NCBI GenBank assembly: GCA_026390595.1
Contig: JAPLFQ010000019.1
Span: 41,860-105,859 of the forward strand
Direction of reading: 5' to 3'
DNA length: 64,000 bases
From: Ignavibacteriales bacterium
GTDB lineage: Bacteria; Bacteroidota; Ignavibacteria; UBA10030
The stretch's first letter is position 1; the number at the start of each line of letters is the position of its first letter. The translations under genes were made by a program, and so were the position numbers. Below the pieces are notes generated by a model. The model had not been told where the DNA came from. It did not search any database and saw only the letters and a program-made list of their open reading frames with translations. Shown here piece by piece: positions 52,701 through 61,555 of this stretch.

Positions 52701-53288
52701 ATCTATCACGTACCGTCTGAGGAGGCGGAAGAGTCTGAATCCGAAATGCGAAATCCGAAATCCGAACCCTCCAATCCGCAATTCTCAGAGTGGCTTCGGT
52801 TCTCCTTCCCGCGGCAGACCGATGATCGTCATCTCTGCATTGCCGACTACTTCGCGTCCGTCGGATCAGGGAAGATGGATGTGCTGGCATGCCACGTGGT
52901 GACGGTTGGCCAGCGGGCTTCGGAATATGCGAAGAAACTGTACGACGCGAACAGCTATAAAGACTATCTGTATTTCCATGGCTTGAGCGTGGAGAGCGCC
53001 GAGGCGCTCGCCGAGCTCTGGCACAAGCGGATGAGGGAGGATCTCGGAATCGCTGGAAACGACGCCCCGCACATCAAGCGGTTGTTCAGCCAGGGATATC
53101 AGGGGTCGAGGTTCAGTTTCGGATATCCTGCCTGCCCGCGTCTCGAGGATCAAACCAAGCTCTTCGAACTTCTGAAGCCGGAACGCATCGGGGTCTTCCT
53201 GACAGAAGAATACCAGATGGAGCCGGAGCAGTCGACGTCCGCTCTCGTCGTGCATCATCCCGAAGCCCGGTACTTTACCGTTAAATGA
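49701..53288 (+). CDS. metH: Cobalamin-dependent methionine synthase
   Basis: 1195 aa with Hcy-binding, pterin-binding, B12-binding (DVHDIGKN) and AdoMet-activation domains in canonical order. Confidence 0.97.
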   Translation: MMPISFLDILKEKIVVFDGATGTHLQSQNLTADDFGGEHYNGCNEYLVVTRPSAVENVHRDYLEAGCDVIETNSFGGASTVLAEYGLGDSSYDLNFKAASLARNVAHGYSRKGHPRFVAGSMGPTTKLPSLGHISFKEMADSYQVQARALIDGGVDLLSLETCQDVLQIKSALCGIHDAFQASGKRVPIVVSVTIETMGTMLLGTEIAAALAAIEPFDVDVIGMNCATGPKEMSDHVRVLSASSPKPIFVMPNAGLPENIGGKAHYHLSPPELSKYLSHFVKDLGVQVVGGCCGTTQEHIRQLVQAVGNLSPAPRKFDFVPGASSLYQAIPFQTLPPPILIGERTNANGSKQFRELLLKEDWEAMVAMGRDQVREQAHMLDVCVAYAGRNEAADMRELITRFNTQISIPLVLDSTEPPVIEEALQRIGGKAIVNSINLEDGEERLAKVVGLCKRYGAAVIALTIDENGMTKTAQSKLAVARRIYELAVGKYGMKPHDLIFDLLTFTLGSGEEEFRRSGLETLEGIRLVKQEFPGVHTSLGVSNVSFGLSPALRHALNSVFLHFAVEAGLDMAIVHASKIMPLFKIDERGRELCRHLIFDERKYEGEGADRRCVYDPLTELMAYYAGQKTGEKARTEPRGGTIEERLKNRIIDGNKVGIPVDLEEALKRIPALDIINVVLLDGMKVVGELFGSGQMQLPFVLQSAEVMKSAVSFLEPFLDKKEGSQKGTLVIATVKGDVHDIGKNLVDIILTNNGYRVINLGIRCPIETMLQAVHEHNADAIGMSGLLVKSTLIMKENLEVMNERNLKIPVILGGAALTKRYVDGDLRPLYKGDVYYANDAFDGLRYMEDILSGRAETPSQEKKIAADPESLTGSEAKIALALEVESAESAHGVGGNTAPAARSKVRSDVSIPQPPFWGSRIVKDVSLDEVFKYVNETALIRGQWRFVRGTMGDEEYQRLMNDQVLPEYQSLREQVKREQLLVPQVVYGYFPCQSDGNELIIYHVPSEEAEESESEMRNPKSEPSNPQFSEWLRFSFPRQTDDRHLCIADYFASVGSGKMDVLACHVVTVGQRASEYAKKLYDANSYKDYLYFHGLSVESAEALAELWHKRMREDLGIAGNDAPHIKRLFSQGYQGSRFSFGYPACPRLEDQTKLFELLKPERIGVFLTEEYQMEPEQSTSALVVHHPEARYFTVK

Positions 53289-53384
53289 AAATAGTGTACC
53301 TTTCCAGAGATGCCGCTGAGCATGCTTCATGGCGGGTGGCATCTCCTGCAAGTCACCGATCAGCACACTAGAACCGAAACGACC

Positions 53385-54020
53385 ATGCCAAATCTCATAC
53401 TACTTCGCCACGGCGAATCGCAATGGAACCTGGAAAACAGGTTCACCGGATGGACCGATGTTCCGCTGTCACCGAAGGGGGAACAGGAAGCGCACGAAGC
53501 CGGTCAGAAATTGAAGGCCTACAAGTTCGACAAAGCGTACACCTCGGTCCTCAAGAGGGCCATCAACACTCTGCAGATTGTTCTGAAAATCACGGGTCAG
53601 GAGAACATCCCCACCGAGTATGACAAGGCGTTGAACGAGCGGCACTATGGCGCCCTGCAAGGATTGAACAAGGCAGAGACGGCAGTGAAATACGGCGACG
53701 CCCAGGTGAAACTCTGGAGGCGAAGCTATGACGTGCCGCCTCCGAGCGAAGTGACCGAGTTGAATCCGATGGGGATCAGCGAGAGCCTGAAGGATACAGC
53801 TGCCCGTACACTTCCGTACTTTGATACCAAGATTCTCCCGGATATCAAAGCCGGCAAGAATATCATTGTCGCCGCACATGGCAACAGCCTTCGGTCCATC
53901 GTGATGCAGCTCGACAATCTCACGAGGGAACAAGTGATCGAATTGAATATCCCGACCGGTGTCCCGCTACTCTATGTCTATGACACTGCAGGAAAGATCC
54001 TCGAGCACAAATACTTGTAA
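53385..54020 (+). CDS. gpmA: 2,3-bisphosphoglycerate-dependent phosphoglycerate mutase
   Basis: The ORF is 53310..54020. The start is at 53385 (MPNLILLRHGESQWNLENRFTGWTDV, the RHGE catalytic His motif). The product is 211 aa. Confidence 0.9.
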   Translation: MPNLILLRHGESQWNLENRFTGWTDVPLSPKGEQEAHEAGQKLKAYKFDKAYTSVLKRAINTLQIVLKITGQENIPTEYDKALNERHYGALQGLNKAETAVKYGDAQVKLWRRSYDVPPPSEVTELNPMGISESLKDTAARTLPYFDTKILPDIKAGKNIIVAAHGNSLRSIVMQLDNLTREQVIELNIPTGVPLLYVYDTAGKILEHKYL

Positions 54021-54041
54021 GCTTCTGGTGGTTCGTGAAAA

Positions 54042-54078
54042 AAGAGGCGCGGTTCGAACAGGACCGTGCCTCTTTCAT
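54042..54078 (+). terminator. Intrinsic terminator after gpmA
   Basis: aagaggcgcggt-tcgaacagg-accgtgcctctt (one mismatch) followed by tcattctgtt. Confidence 0.5.
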
Positions 54079-54322
54079 TCTGTTCCCTTTCCGTCAAGGC
54101 CTTAGGGAACGGCGATCATGCCGAGTCTCTCATTTCCGGCAGAAGCAATTCGTGTGGAGGTTGGTGCGCGGACCCGGCATGCGCTTGCGAAGGTGCGAAG
54201 ACAGACGCGCAAGAGAGTTTTTCCTGAGAATGATACTGAGGTGCTCAAAAACCACAGAAACTCAATAAAATATCGGCCAAACAGCTTGTTTTTTATTCCT
54301 CTGTTTGCTATACTCACATCGA

Positions 54323-54706
54323 ATGGATGAGCGATTCTACGAGGGAATCAGGGAATTTAACGGGGGAAGGTATTTTGAGGCGCATGATATTCTCGAAGAT
54401 CTCTGGCAAGGCTATCGCGAACCAGACCGTGTGTTCCTGCAGGCGTTGATCCACTCCGCCGTTGGCCTCTATCATCTCGAAAACAACAATTTCAAAGGGG
54501 CCCGCAGCCAGCTCTCGAAAGCCTGCTCAAAGTTGGAGCCCTATCTGCCTGCACATTGGGGCCTGAATGTGAATCTGTTGTGTGCATCATTGAAGGATCA
54601 GATGGAGATCCTGGAAGGGCGTGAGCGGAGCGGGGAGAAGAGTGGCGAGATTTTCGACAGACCAAGAATGCAATTGATATCTGACAATTATCTGACAATT
54701 TCTTAA
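54323..54706 (+). CDS. DUF309 domain protein
   Basis: The ORF begins at a TTG at 54305; the first ATG is at 54323 (MDERFYEG). FNGGRYFEAHDILEDLWQ matches DUF309. Confidence 0.7.
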   Translation: MDERFYEGIREFNGGRYFEAHDILEDLWQGYREPDRVFLQALIHSAVGLYHLENNNFKGARSQLSKACSKLEPYLPAHWGLNVNLLCASLKDQMEILEGRERSGEKSGEIFDRPRMQLISDNYLTIS

Positions 54707-54723
54707 TCAAAGGAGATATTTGA

Positions 54724-55062
54724 ATGGCGACATTTATCACTGAGGAATGTATCAACTGCGGAGCATGTGAGCCGGAGTGTCCGAACACGGCGATCTATGC
54801 TGGCGGAGTCCAATGGGAGAAGGACGGAGCCACGCACGAGGCAATCTCGAACGACTTCTACTACATCGTTCCTGAGAAATGCACCGAGTGTGTGGGACAT
54901 TTTGAAAAGGAGCAATGTGCCGCGGTCTGTCCGGTGGACTGCTGCGTCCCGGATCCGAATATTGTGGAGACCGAGGACGTGCTCTTCGAGCGGGCAAAGA
55001 AGCTGCATCCCGATCGCACGTTTACTGAACTGAGTGCGGCGACGTCACGCTTCAGAAAGTAA
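54724..55062 (+). CDS. 2[4Fe-4S] ferredoxin
   Basis: CINCGACEPECP and CTECVGHFEKEQCAAVCP cysteine clusters. AAAGGAG lies upstream. Confidence 0.85.
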   Translation: MATFITEECINCGACEPECPNTAIYAGGVQWEKDGATHEAISNDFYYIVPEKCTECVGHFEKEQCAAVCPVDCCVPDPNIVETEDVLFERAKKLHPDRTFTELSAATSRFRK

Positions 55063-55177
55063 GATCGCGTTAAGTTCGTAGGAAGGTCGGTGTCAAACCA
55101 TCACGCTTAGCCGATGATGGCAGGTGACAGCCGGCCTTCTTTGTTTTTAGATCGAATGAAATCAGAGACCGGAGCAA

Positions 55178-56023
55178 ATGAAGATCGGTGAATACGATAT
55201 TGTCTCCCTCGAAACAGGGCGCTTCTGGCTCGATGGAGGGGCAATGTTTGGGGTCGTTCCGTGGGTGTTCTGGAGCAAGTCGAATCCGCCTGATGCACGG
55301 CAGCGGATCGAACTCGCGGCCCGTTGCTGGCTCGTTCGGGGGCATGGCCGGACTATCCTGGTTGATGATGGCAACGGTTCTAAATGGAGCGAGAAGCTGA
55401 AGGATATCTACAATCTCAACACGACCGCTGGAGATCTGCTGCAGTCGCTCAGGAACCTCAACGTCTCCCCCGAAGCAGTCACGGACGTCATACTGACCCA
55501 CCTCCATTTTGACCATGCCGGAGGTTCGACGACCGTTGTGGATGGCAGGATCATTCCTACCTTTGCGAACGCTCGATACCATGTCCAGAAAAAGCAATGG
55601 GAGCTTTCTCAGAATCCCACAGAGAAGGACCGTGGGAGTTTCATGCGGGATGACTTCGTGCCGCTCCGGGAGTATGGGGTTCTGGAACTGATCGACGGAG
55701 AATGCGAGCTTTTCCCGGGTATCGAACTGCTTGTGTGCAACGGCCACACGAATGCACAGCAGCTTCCGAAGATCTCGGACGGCCGCTCCACGATGCTGTT
55801 TTGCTGCGACCTGGTTCCGACGATTTCCCATATCCCGTGGCCATATGTGATGGCCTACGACGTCAGACCTCTTGTGACGATCGAAGAAAAGAAAAAGATT
55901 TTCGGCCGGGCTTGTGAAGAAGGGTGGATCCTGTTCCTGGAACACGATCCGACGACAACAGCGATCACGCTCAGGAGCGCGGAGAAGGGTTTTGCAGTCC
56001 ATCAACGATTGATGTCGATCTAA
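55178..56023 (+). CDS. MBL-fold metallo-hydrolase
   Basis: LTHLHFDHAGG (HxHxDH motif), 281 aa. Confidence 0.8.
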   Translation: MKIGEYDIVSLETGRFWLDGGAMFGVVPWVFWSKSNPPDARQRIELAARCWLVRGHGRTILVDDGNGSKWSEKLKDIYNLNTTAGDLLQSLRNLNVSPEAVTDVILTHLHFDHAGGSTTVVDGRIIPTFANARYHVQKKQWELSQNPTEKDRGSFMRDDFVPLREYGVLELIDGECELFPGIELLVCNGHTNAQQLPKISDGRSTMLFCCDLVPTISHIPWPYVMAYDVRPLVTIEEKKKIFGRACEEGWILFLEHDPTTTAITLRSAEKGFAVHQRLMSI

Positions 56024-56046
56024 TCGGCCCCATCAAAGAAAACAAA

Positions 56047-56382
56047 ATGAATCGCTTTGTGAAAGTAGCCCGGACGACGGACTTCGGTACTCGAAAATCG
56101 ATGCGTGTGACAATTGAGAACGTTGACATCGCTTTGTTCTCTGTCGATGGCGCCTATCATGCCGTTCAGAACGATTGCCCCCACCAGCATTTTTCTGCGT
56201 TGCACGATGGAATCCTCAACGGTGCGGAGATTACGTGCCCGATGCACGGATGGACGTTTGATCTTGCTTCAGGCAAGGCCACGATCGGCGGCGGAAGGCT
56301 GAAGCGGTACTCATTGAAAGTCGTTGGCGAGGATATTCTCGTCGAAGTCCCGAACGACGAGCCGGACTGGGCGAAGAAGTGA
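56047..56382 (+). CDS. Rieske [2Fe-2S] domain protein (NirD-like small subunit)
   Basis: The ORF is 55924..56382; the start is at 56047 (MNRFVKV). CPHQHF...CPMHGW are Rieske CxH...CxxH ligands. Confidence 0.8.
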   Translation: MNRFVKVARTTDFGTRKSMRVTIENVDIALFSVDGAYHAVQNDCPHQHFSALHDGILNGAEITCPMHGWTFDLASGKATIGGGRLKRYSLKVVGEDILVEVPNDEPDWAKK

Positions 56383-57332
56383 CGCCGAATCAAATCCTCA
56401 CGCGGGCGATCAAGACGAAGGCCCTCGAACTTGGATTCTCGGGTGTCGGAGTCGCGTGCGCACGGAGTCTGGAATCTGAAGGTGTGAGGCTGCAGCAGTG
56501 GCTTTCCCGCGGGTATCACGGTACGATGGAATGGATGCAAAAGAACCTCGAAAAGCGTACCGATCCCCGCCTGCTGCTCCCGAACGCACGATCTGTAATC
56601 TCGCTCGCTCTGAACTACTACACTCCGCCTGAACATAGCTGGAACATCGAAACCGGGAAGATTTCCCGCTATGCGTGGGGGGATGATTATCATCTCGTGA
56701 TGACGTCGCGAATCCTTCAGCTTGTTGACTGCATCAAAACAGAAAGTCCCGGGGTTAACGCGAAAGCCTACGTCGATACCGGTCCTGTGATGGACAAGGC
56801 CTGGGCGGTCCGCGCGGGAATCGGTTGGCTGGGGAAGCACACGAACGTCATCACAAAAGAATACGGGTCGTGGGTCTTCCTGGGCGAGATCATCCTGGAC
56901 GCGGAGCTGGAATACGATGAACCGATCCTGGATTTCTGCGGCTCGTGTACAGCATGCATCGCGGCTTGCCCCACGGACGCGATCGTTGAGGCGTATCTCC
57001 TCGATTCGACGAGGTGTATTTCGTACCTTACAATAGAGCACAGGGGCCCGATACCGGAGGAACTCAAACCGCGATTCGACAATTGGGTGTACGGCTGTGA
57101 TATCTGTCAGGATGTCTGTCCGTGGAATCGATTTCAACAGCCGACGGGAGAGCAGGCATTCTTTCCCAGAGCCGAAAACGTGGAACCCCGGCTGGCCGAC
57201 CTTGAAAACATCTCTGCGGAAGAGTTTGCCAGGCGATTCAAAAAGAGTCCCGTGAAACGGACAAAGAGAAATGGAATGATCCGAAACGCGAAAGCAGTCC
57301 AAGAAGGAAGAACAGGCAAGGCAACAACATAG
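56379..57332 (+). CDS. queG: Epoxyqueuosine reductase
   Basis: CGSCTACIAACPTDAI and CDICQDVCPWN ferredoxin-like clusters plus the QueG-specific N-terminal cobalamin-binding region. Its start overlaps the upstream stop. Confidence 0.9.
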   Translation: MTPNQILTRAIKTKALELGFSGVGVACARSLESEGVRLQQWLSRGYHGTMEWMQKNLEKRTDPRLLLPNARSVISLALNYYTPPEHSWNIETGKISRYAWGDDYHLVMTSRILQLVDCIKTESPGVNAKAYVDTGPVMDKAWAVRAGIGWLGKHTNVITKEYGSWVFLGEIILDAELEYDEPILDFCGSCTACIAACPTDAIVEAYLLDSTRCISYLTIEHRGPIPEELKPRFDNWVYGCDICQDVCPWNRFQQPTGEQAFFPRAENVEPRLADLENISAEEFARRFKKSPVKRTKRNGMIRNAKAVQEGRTGKATT

Positions 57333-57340
57333 AATCAAGT

Positions 57341-57400
57341 TCCAATACTCATCTACTTGATACGTAACTACTCCAATACTCAACTACTCCATAACTCAGA
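57341..57400 (+). promoter_or_regulatory. Short tandem/direct repeats in the AT-rich trxB upstream region
   Basis: tccaatactca occurs at 57341-57351 and 57372-57382, and aactactcc repeats, giving about three imperfect copies of a ~16-nt unit ending 13 nt before the trxB ATG. Confidence 0.3.
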
Positions 57401-57412
57401 TACTTACTTCTT

Positions 57413-58369
57413 ATGACCGACACGAACCGTCACAAAGTCATCATCATCGGATCTGGTCCGGCAGGACTCACGGCAGCGCTCTACACCGCGCGTGCAAGCC
57501 TCAGCCCGGTCGTATTCGAAGGGATTCAACCCGGAGGGCAGCTGACCATCACCACTGAGGTTGAGAACTTCCCCGGTTTCCCCGAAGGTGTCATGGGTCC
57601 GGCACTGATGGACCTCATTCGGCAGCAGGCTCAGAAGTTCGGGGCGAAGTCCCTTTACCAGGAAGTGACGGAGGTTGATTTCTCAAAAAGACCATTCAAG
57701 ATAGTCTCGGATGGTACGGAGTACTTCGCTGAAACAGTGATTGTCTCCACCGGAGCATCGGCGAAACTGCTCGGAATTCCGTCGGAAGCAGAGTACATGG
57801 GCTATGGAGTGTCTGCGTGCGCCACCTGTGACGGGTTCTTTTTCAAGAATCAGCACGTTGTGGTGGTCGGAGGGGGCGACACGGCAATAGAGGAGGCCTC
57901 GTTCCTGACGAAGTTCGCTTCGAAAGTGTCGATTGTTCACAGAAGAAACGAACTGAGGGCTTCAAAGGTCATGCAGCAAAGGGCATTCAGCAATCCGAAG
58001 ATCGAGTTTGTCTGGGACTCGGCTGTCGACGAGGTGCTGGGGAAGAACGAGGGGGGAAAGAAGTCACTCACCGGTGTTCGCCTCAAGAACCTGAAGACCG
58101 GCGTACTCACTGAGTTCGCTTGCGATGGTCTATTCCTGGGTATCGGTCATCAGCCGAACACGAAGTTGTTCGAAGGGAAGCTCGACATGGATCCCGTCGG
58201 GTACCTCATAACCAAGCCGCATAGCACCGCCACGAACATCCCGGGTATTTTTGCGGCGGGCGATGTGGCCGATCCGACATATCGTCAGGCGGTAAGCGCC
58301 GCAGGGACAGGATGTATGGCGGCAATTGATGCAGAGAGGTTCCTGGCCCACGGCGAAGTCGGCCATTAG
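57413..58369 (+). CDS. trxB: Thioredoxin-disulfide reductase
   Basis: IIGSGPAG, CATCDGFF redox-active disulfide and the VVGGGDTAIEEA NADPH motif. Confidence 0.95.
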   Translation: MTDTNRHKVIIIGSGPAGLTAALYTARASLSPVVFEGIQPGGQLTITTEVENFPGFPEGVMGPALMDLIRQQAQKFGAKSLYQEVTEVDFSKRPFKIVSDGTEYFAETVIVSTGASAKLLGIPSEAEYMGYGVSACATCDGFFFKNQHVVVVGGGDTAIEEASFLTKFASKVSIVHRRNELRASKVMQQRAFSNPKIEFVWDSAVDEVLGKNEGGKKSLTGVRLKNLKTGVLTEFACDGLFLGIGHQPNTKLFEGKLDMDPVGYLITKPHSTATNIPGIFAAGDVADPTYRQAVSAAGTGCMAAIDAERFLAHGEVGH

Positions 58370-58479
58370 ACGCATCGACCTAAGACACCAACAAGCCCCT
58401 TGGCAGAAGTGACAAGGGGCTTTTTTTCGATCCCTTTGAACAGGCAAAAGGTTGAAACAGAGGCGGCAATTGCCTACTT

Positions 58480-59547
58480 TTGTGCGAACCACGAGCATCG
58501 CACTGTGCCGTGAAAATCAATCCTTCCTATAGAGCTGTTCTACTGAGCATCCTTTCCGGTACTTACACACCGCATGATGTGCGTGAATTCGTGCGTTCAT
58601 GTTATGCTCTCGCACTTCCATTGATCCGCAAGAGAATCATCCAAGGACGGATCAACCTCCAATCGCTCGGTCTCCAGCAGCCGGATTTGATCTATGACTG
58701 CATCGCGGATTTGTTCGTCCGGGATGCTGGTGGGCGCTTCACGGAGATCGAACAGTTCTTCAGAAAAGAACTGGGAGAACCGGATCAGGCTTCAGATGCC
58801 CTTCTCTTTGATACGCTGCGACGGATTGTGTTCGGTCGCGTCAACAACAACCTCATCCGTTTTCATGCCGACGCGGACCCGTCGTTTGGGAAGATCCTGC
58901 ATAATCTTGACGTGTCACTGACGCGTACCCGGTACTTTGAGAAGTTTGTCAGGTTTGGGGAGACGTTTCTCGCCTGCTGCGAGGTCGAACTTCTTCTGGA
59001 CCGTCCTCCCGCACCGTTTGAGTATTTGCGAAAACGTCTCTCGCAGGTTGTGCTTCTCCATGATCCCATGCCGGTGATGCTGGCGAAACTCCACGATTGC
59101 ATGAAAGGTCAGGAGGAATATCAGCGCGTAGCACCGTTTCTGTGGGTCGTTTCTGTGCTCAAAGAAATCTACGCCTTGGGCGCTGAATCTGATTCAGGTG
59201 AACGCGTGGCCGTAATCGAGCAGGTGGAGTTGGAGGAAGGTCTGAAACTCGTAGAGGACGCGTGCACGATCCTGCGAAAGGAAGTCTATCCACACTACGT
59301 GGGAAGCGGCAAGATAAGCGAACAATTGCTTGACGTGTATCTCCGGACAACCTCGGAAATTCTGTCGGATTCTATTACAGCCGGTCGCAACGGCCAGAAG
59401 CACTTTTTCGACTACCTCGCAGCTCGCATGCCCGCTGTGACCAAAGAAGAGTATATCAATCGGCACAAACCAGTACTTGAGTACTTCGTGAGATGCGCGA
59501 AAAACAAGCTTAGAGATGAATTGAAGAAAGAGGAATCTGCACCCTAG
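58480..59547 (+). CDS. Hypothetical protein (upstream partner of the anti-sigma-like gene)
   Basis: 355 aa, helical, with no recognisable sigma-70 regions. It lies immediately upstream of the zf-HC2 protein. Confidence 0.5.
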   Translation: MCEPRASHCAVKINPSYRAVLLSILSGTYTPHDVREFVRSCYALALPLIRKRIIQGRINLQSLGLQQPDLIYDCIADLFVRDAGGRFTEIEQFFRKELGEPDQASDALLFDTLRRIVFGRVNNNLIRFHADADPSFGKILHNLDVSLTRTRYFEKFVRFGETFLACCEVELLLDRPPAPFEYLRKRLSQVVLLHDPMPVMLAKLHDCMKGQEEYQRVAPFLWVVSVLKEIYALGAESDSGERVAVIEQVELEEGLKLVEDACTILRKEVYPHYVGSGKISEQLLDVYLRTTSEILSDSITAGRNGQKHFFDYLAARMPAVTKEEYINRHKPVLEYFVRCAKNKLRDELKKEESAP

Positions 59548-59586
59548 TCATTGTGAGGTACACAAGAGGAGAACGGGAGTCAAGCT

Positions 59587-60996
59587 TTGGCGACAACGGA
59601 ACATTTGGAAGAATCGACACTGGCGCTCTACGTCCTCGGCGCACCTGAAGTGCAGGATCGCCGCAAGGAGATTGCGTCGCACATGGCAGACTGTGCCGGA
59701 TGCGCAGATCTCGTGGAGAAGATCAGGGATTACTATGTGGATGTGCAAGAGATCGAGCAGGCGGAGGCTCCTGCTTTTCTCCCGTCCTTGAATGTCTCCG
59801 GGCAACTGGTGCGCAAGACGGGGGGTGAGAGCGCGGTGCCCGTCATCCCGGGTCGCCGTGCGACGTCTGAGGTTGTCATCAGTTCCTTCAGGACGTATCC
59901 CATCCGCTGGACCGGGGCGTTCGCCCTGGTTGCAGCCGCGCTCATGCTTGTCGTGCCGAAGCTCGTAACAAGAGATGCGAGCCCTGCTTATCTGCGTGCG
60001 AAGGACGAATTTCTGGTCGCATTGAACAAGAATGGTGAAGAACTTTGGAGAAAACTTGTCGTCCCGGGTTTCGACCTTAAAACGAGCAAGACCGCTTTGA
60101 CTAACTTCTCGGTACTCGAAGATGTGGATGGAGATGGGAAGAAAGAGGCTGTTTTACTGTCGCCTCATCCAGAGGCGCCTCCCGGAAGTTATCAAGCGAC
60201 CTCGATTCGATGCTTTAACGCGGACGGGAACGACCGATGGATTGTGGCTTACCATCCCGTCATGACATTCGACTCAGTGGCATTCTCTGGCGATTATCTG
60301 ATTCAGCCGCCACTTGGGGTCAGGGATTTCGACCGGAATGGGAAGTACAGTGTGGTGTTCGTCGCACATCACGCCACTTGGTGGCCGGCAGTTGTGGGTA
60401 TGCTGGATGCCAGCAACGGAAAGCCGATTGCGGAATATTGGCATCCCGGTTGGGTGAAACTTGCGATAAAGGACATTGATGGGGATGGGAGGGAAGACAT
60501 CCTGGCAGTAGGATATAACAACGCATTCAAAAAGAATGTCCTGGCGGTTCTGGATCCACGCAAGGCTGCTGGACACGCTCCGGCAGCGACCGGATTCACG
60601 CCGAAAGATATCGAAGCTGCCGCGGAGAAGTTTTACATCCTGCTGCCCGATCCGGATCTATTTGGATTGTCACTTCGTCTGCCGGGCGAGAACAATTCAT
60701 GGATTGAGGAAAGCTCCGGTCTCGTCATACGCACAACCAGATATCTGACAGATGGCAAGCGGGGTGATCGCGTAGCGGAGGTATTCTTCGAATTTGACGG
60801 TCACATGAACTGCGTCCGGGTCAGGGGAGGAGACGAGTTTGTTGCTCTGCACCATGACCTCGAAAAAGCGGGCAAGCTCAGCCGGAAGATCGAGGAAGGG
60901 TATTTCGAAGAGATGCGCCGGGGCGTTCAATATTGGGATGGAGGGAAATTTGTGAAGGAGGTGACGATTAATAAGAAGTATGTGAGGAGTAAGTAG
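59587..60996 (+). CDS. Anti-sigma-factor-like membrane protein: N-terminal zf-HC2 domain, one TM helix, periplasmic FG-GAP/VCBS-like repeats
   Basis: HMADCAGC (H-x3-C-x2-C) zinc-finger anti-sigma motif. A TM helix (GAFALVAAALMLVVPKLV) is followed by repeated DxDGDG/DxDRNG calcium-binding-like FG-GAP motifs. Confidence 0.65.
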   Translation: MATTEHLEESTLALYVLGAPEVQDRRKEIASHMADCAGCADLVEKIRDYYVDVQEIEQAEAPAFLPSLNVSGQLVRKTGGESAVPVIPGRRATSEVVISSFRTYPIRWTGAFALVAAALMLVVPKLVTRDASPAYLRAKDEFLVALNKNGEELWRKLVVPGFDLKTSKTALTNFSVLEDVDGDGKKEAVLLSPHPEAPPGSYQATSIRCFNADGNDRWIVAYHPVMTFDSVAFSGDYLIQPPLGVRDFDRNGKYSVVFVAHHATWWPAVVGMLDASNGKPIAEYWHPGWVKLAIKDIDGDGREDILAVGYNNAFKKNVLAVLDPRKAAGHAPAATGFTPKDIEAAAEKFYILLPDPDLFGLSLRLPGENNSWIEESSGLVIRTTRYLTDGKRGDRVAEVFFEFDGHMNCVRVRGGDEFVALHHDLEKAGKLSRKIEEGYFEEMRRGVQYWDGGKFVKEVTINKKYVRSK

Positions 60997-61555
60997 GAAA
61001 TATTTGAGCGTCGGCTTTCAAGTCGACGTTTCGGTCAGGACATAACATAGATAGCCGAATTGCCAGAAGTGAGAATGGCGGTTCGGCTTTTTTCTTGGCC
61101 CCGACATTCTGCATGAGGGTCGATGTGAAGTATAAAGAACTATCAGAAATGTCTCAGAGAGATGCCACAAGATCTGTGAAAACGTACTCCCTTACTGCTT
61201 GGATCGATACTTCAAAACCTGAGGTCATTGAACGCGCCCTTCGGGATCTCTCGCCGAGGAGGAAGATCATTCACACTGATGTGGGTTTCTTTCTGAAAGC
61301 AACCGTTCGCGGTCCGGATGCGAGGCTTTTGAACAAGCACCTTCTGCTTGCTCTCCGGAGCATAGAGCCCTGTACGGCGCTTCACGCAGAATGGAAAACG
61401 CGGAATTCAACTCAATGGTTCTTCAACTATGTTCAAAAACGATCACGCAAAACAAGTTCTTCTCATTGTCTGAAGCCGCATCAGGCCGGACACGCACGTT
61501 CGAGGCGCTAGCCCTCATCCCGCACGATTCAGAGTTCCGAGAGGATTCCTCACAC

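Noticed and set aside
61095-61511. 138-aa + strand ORF upstream of the T9SS cargo gene
   Set aside because: There is no clear RBS and no recognisable motif, and it overlaps the alternative long N-terminal extension of the 61391 ORF. It could be a real small protein, but the evidence is too thin to call.
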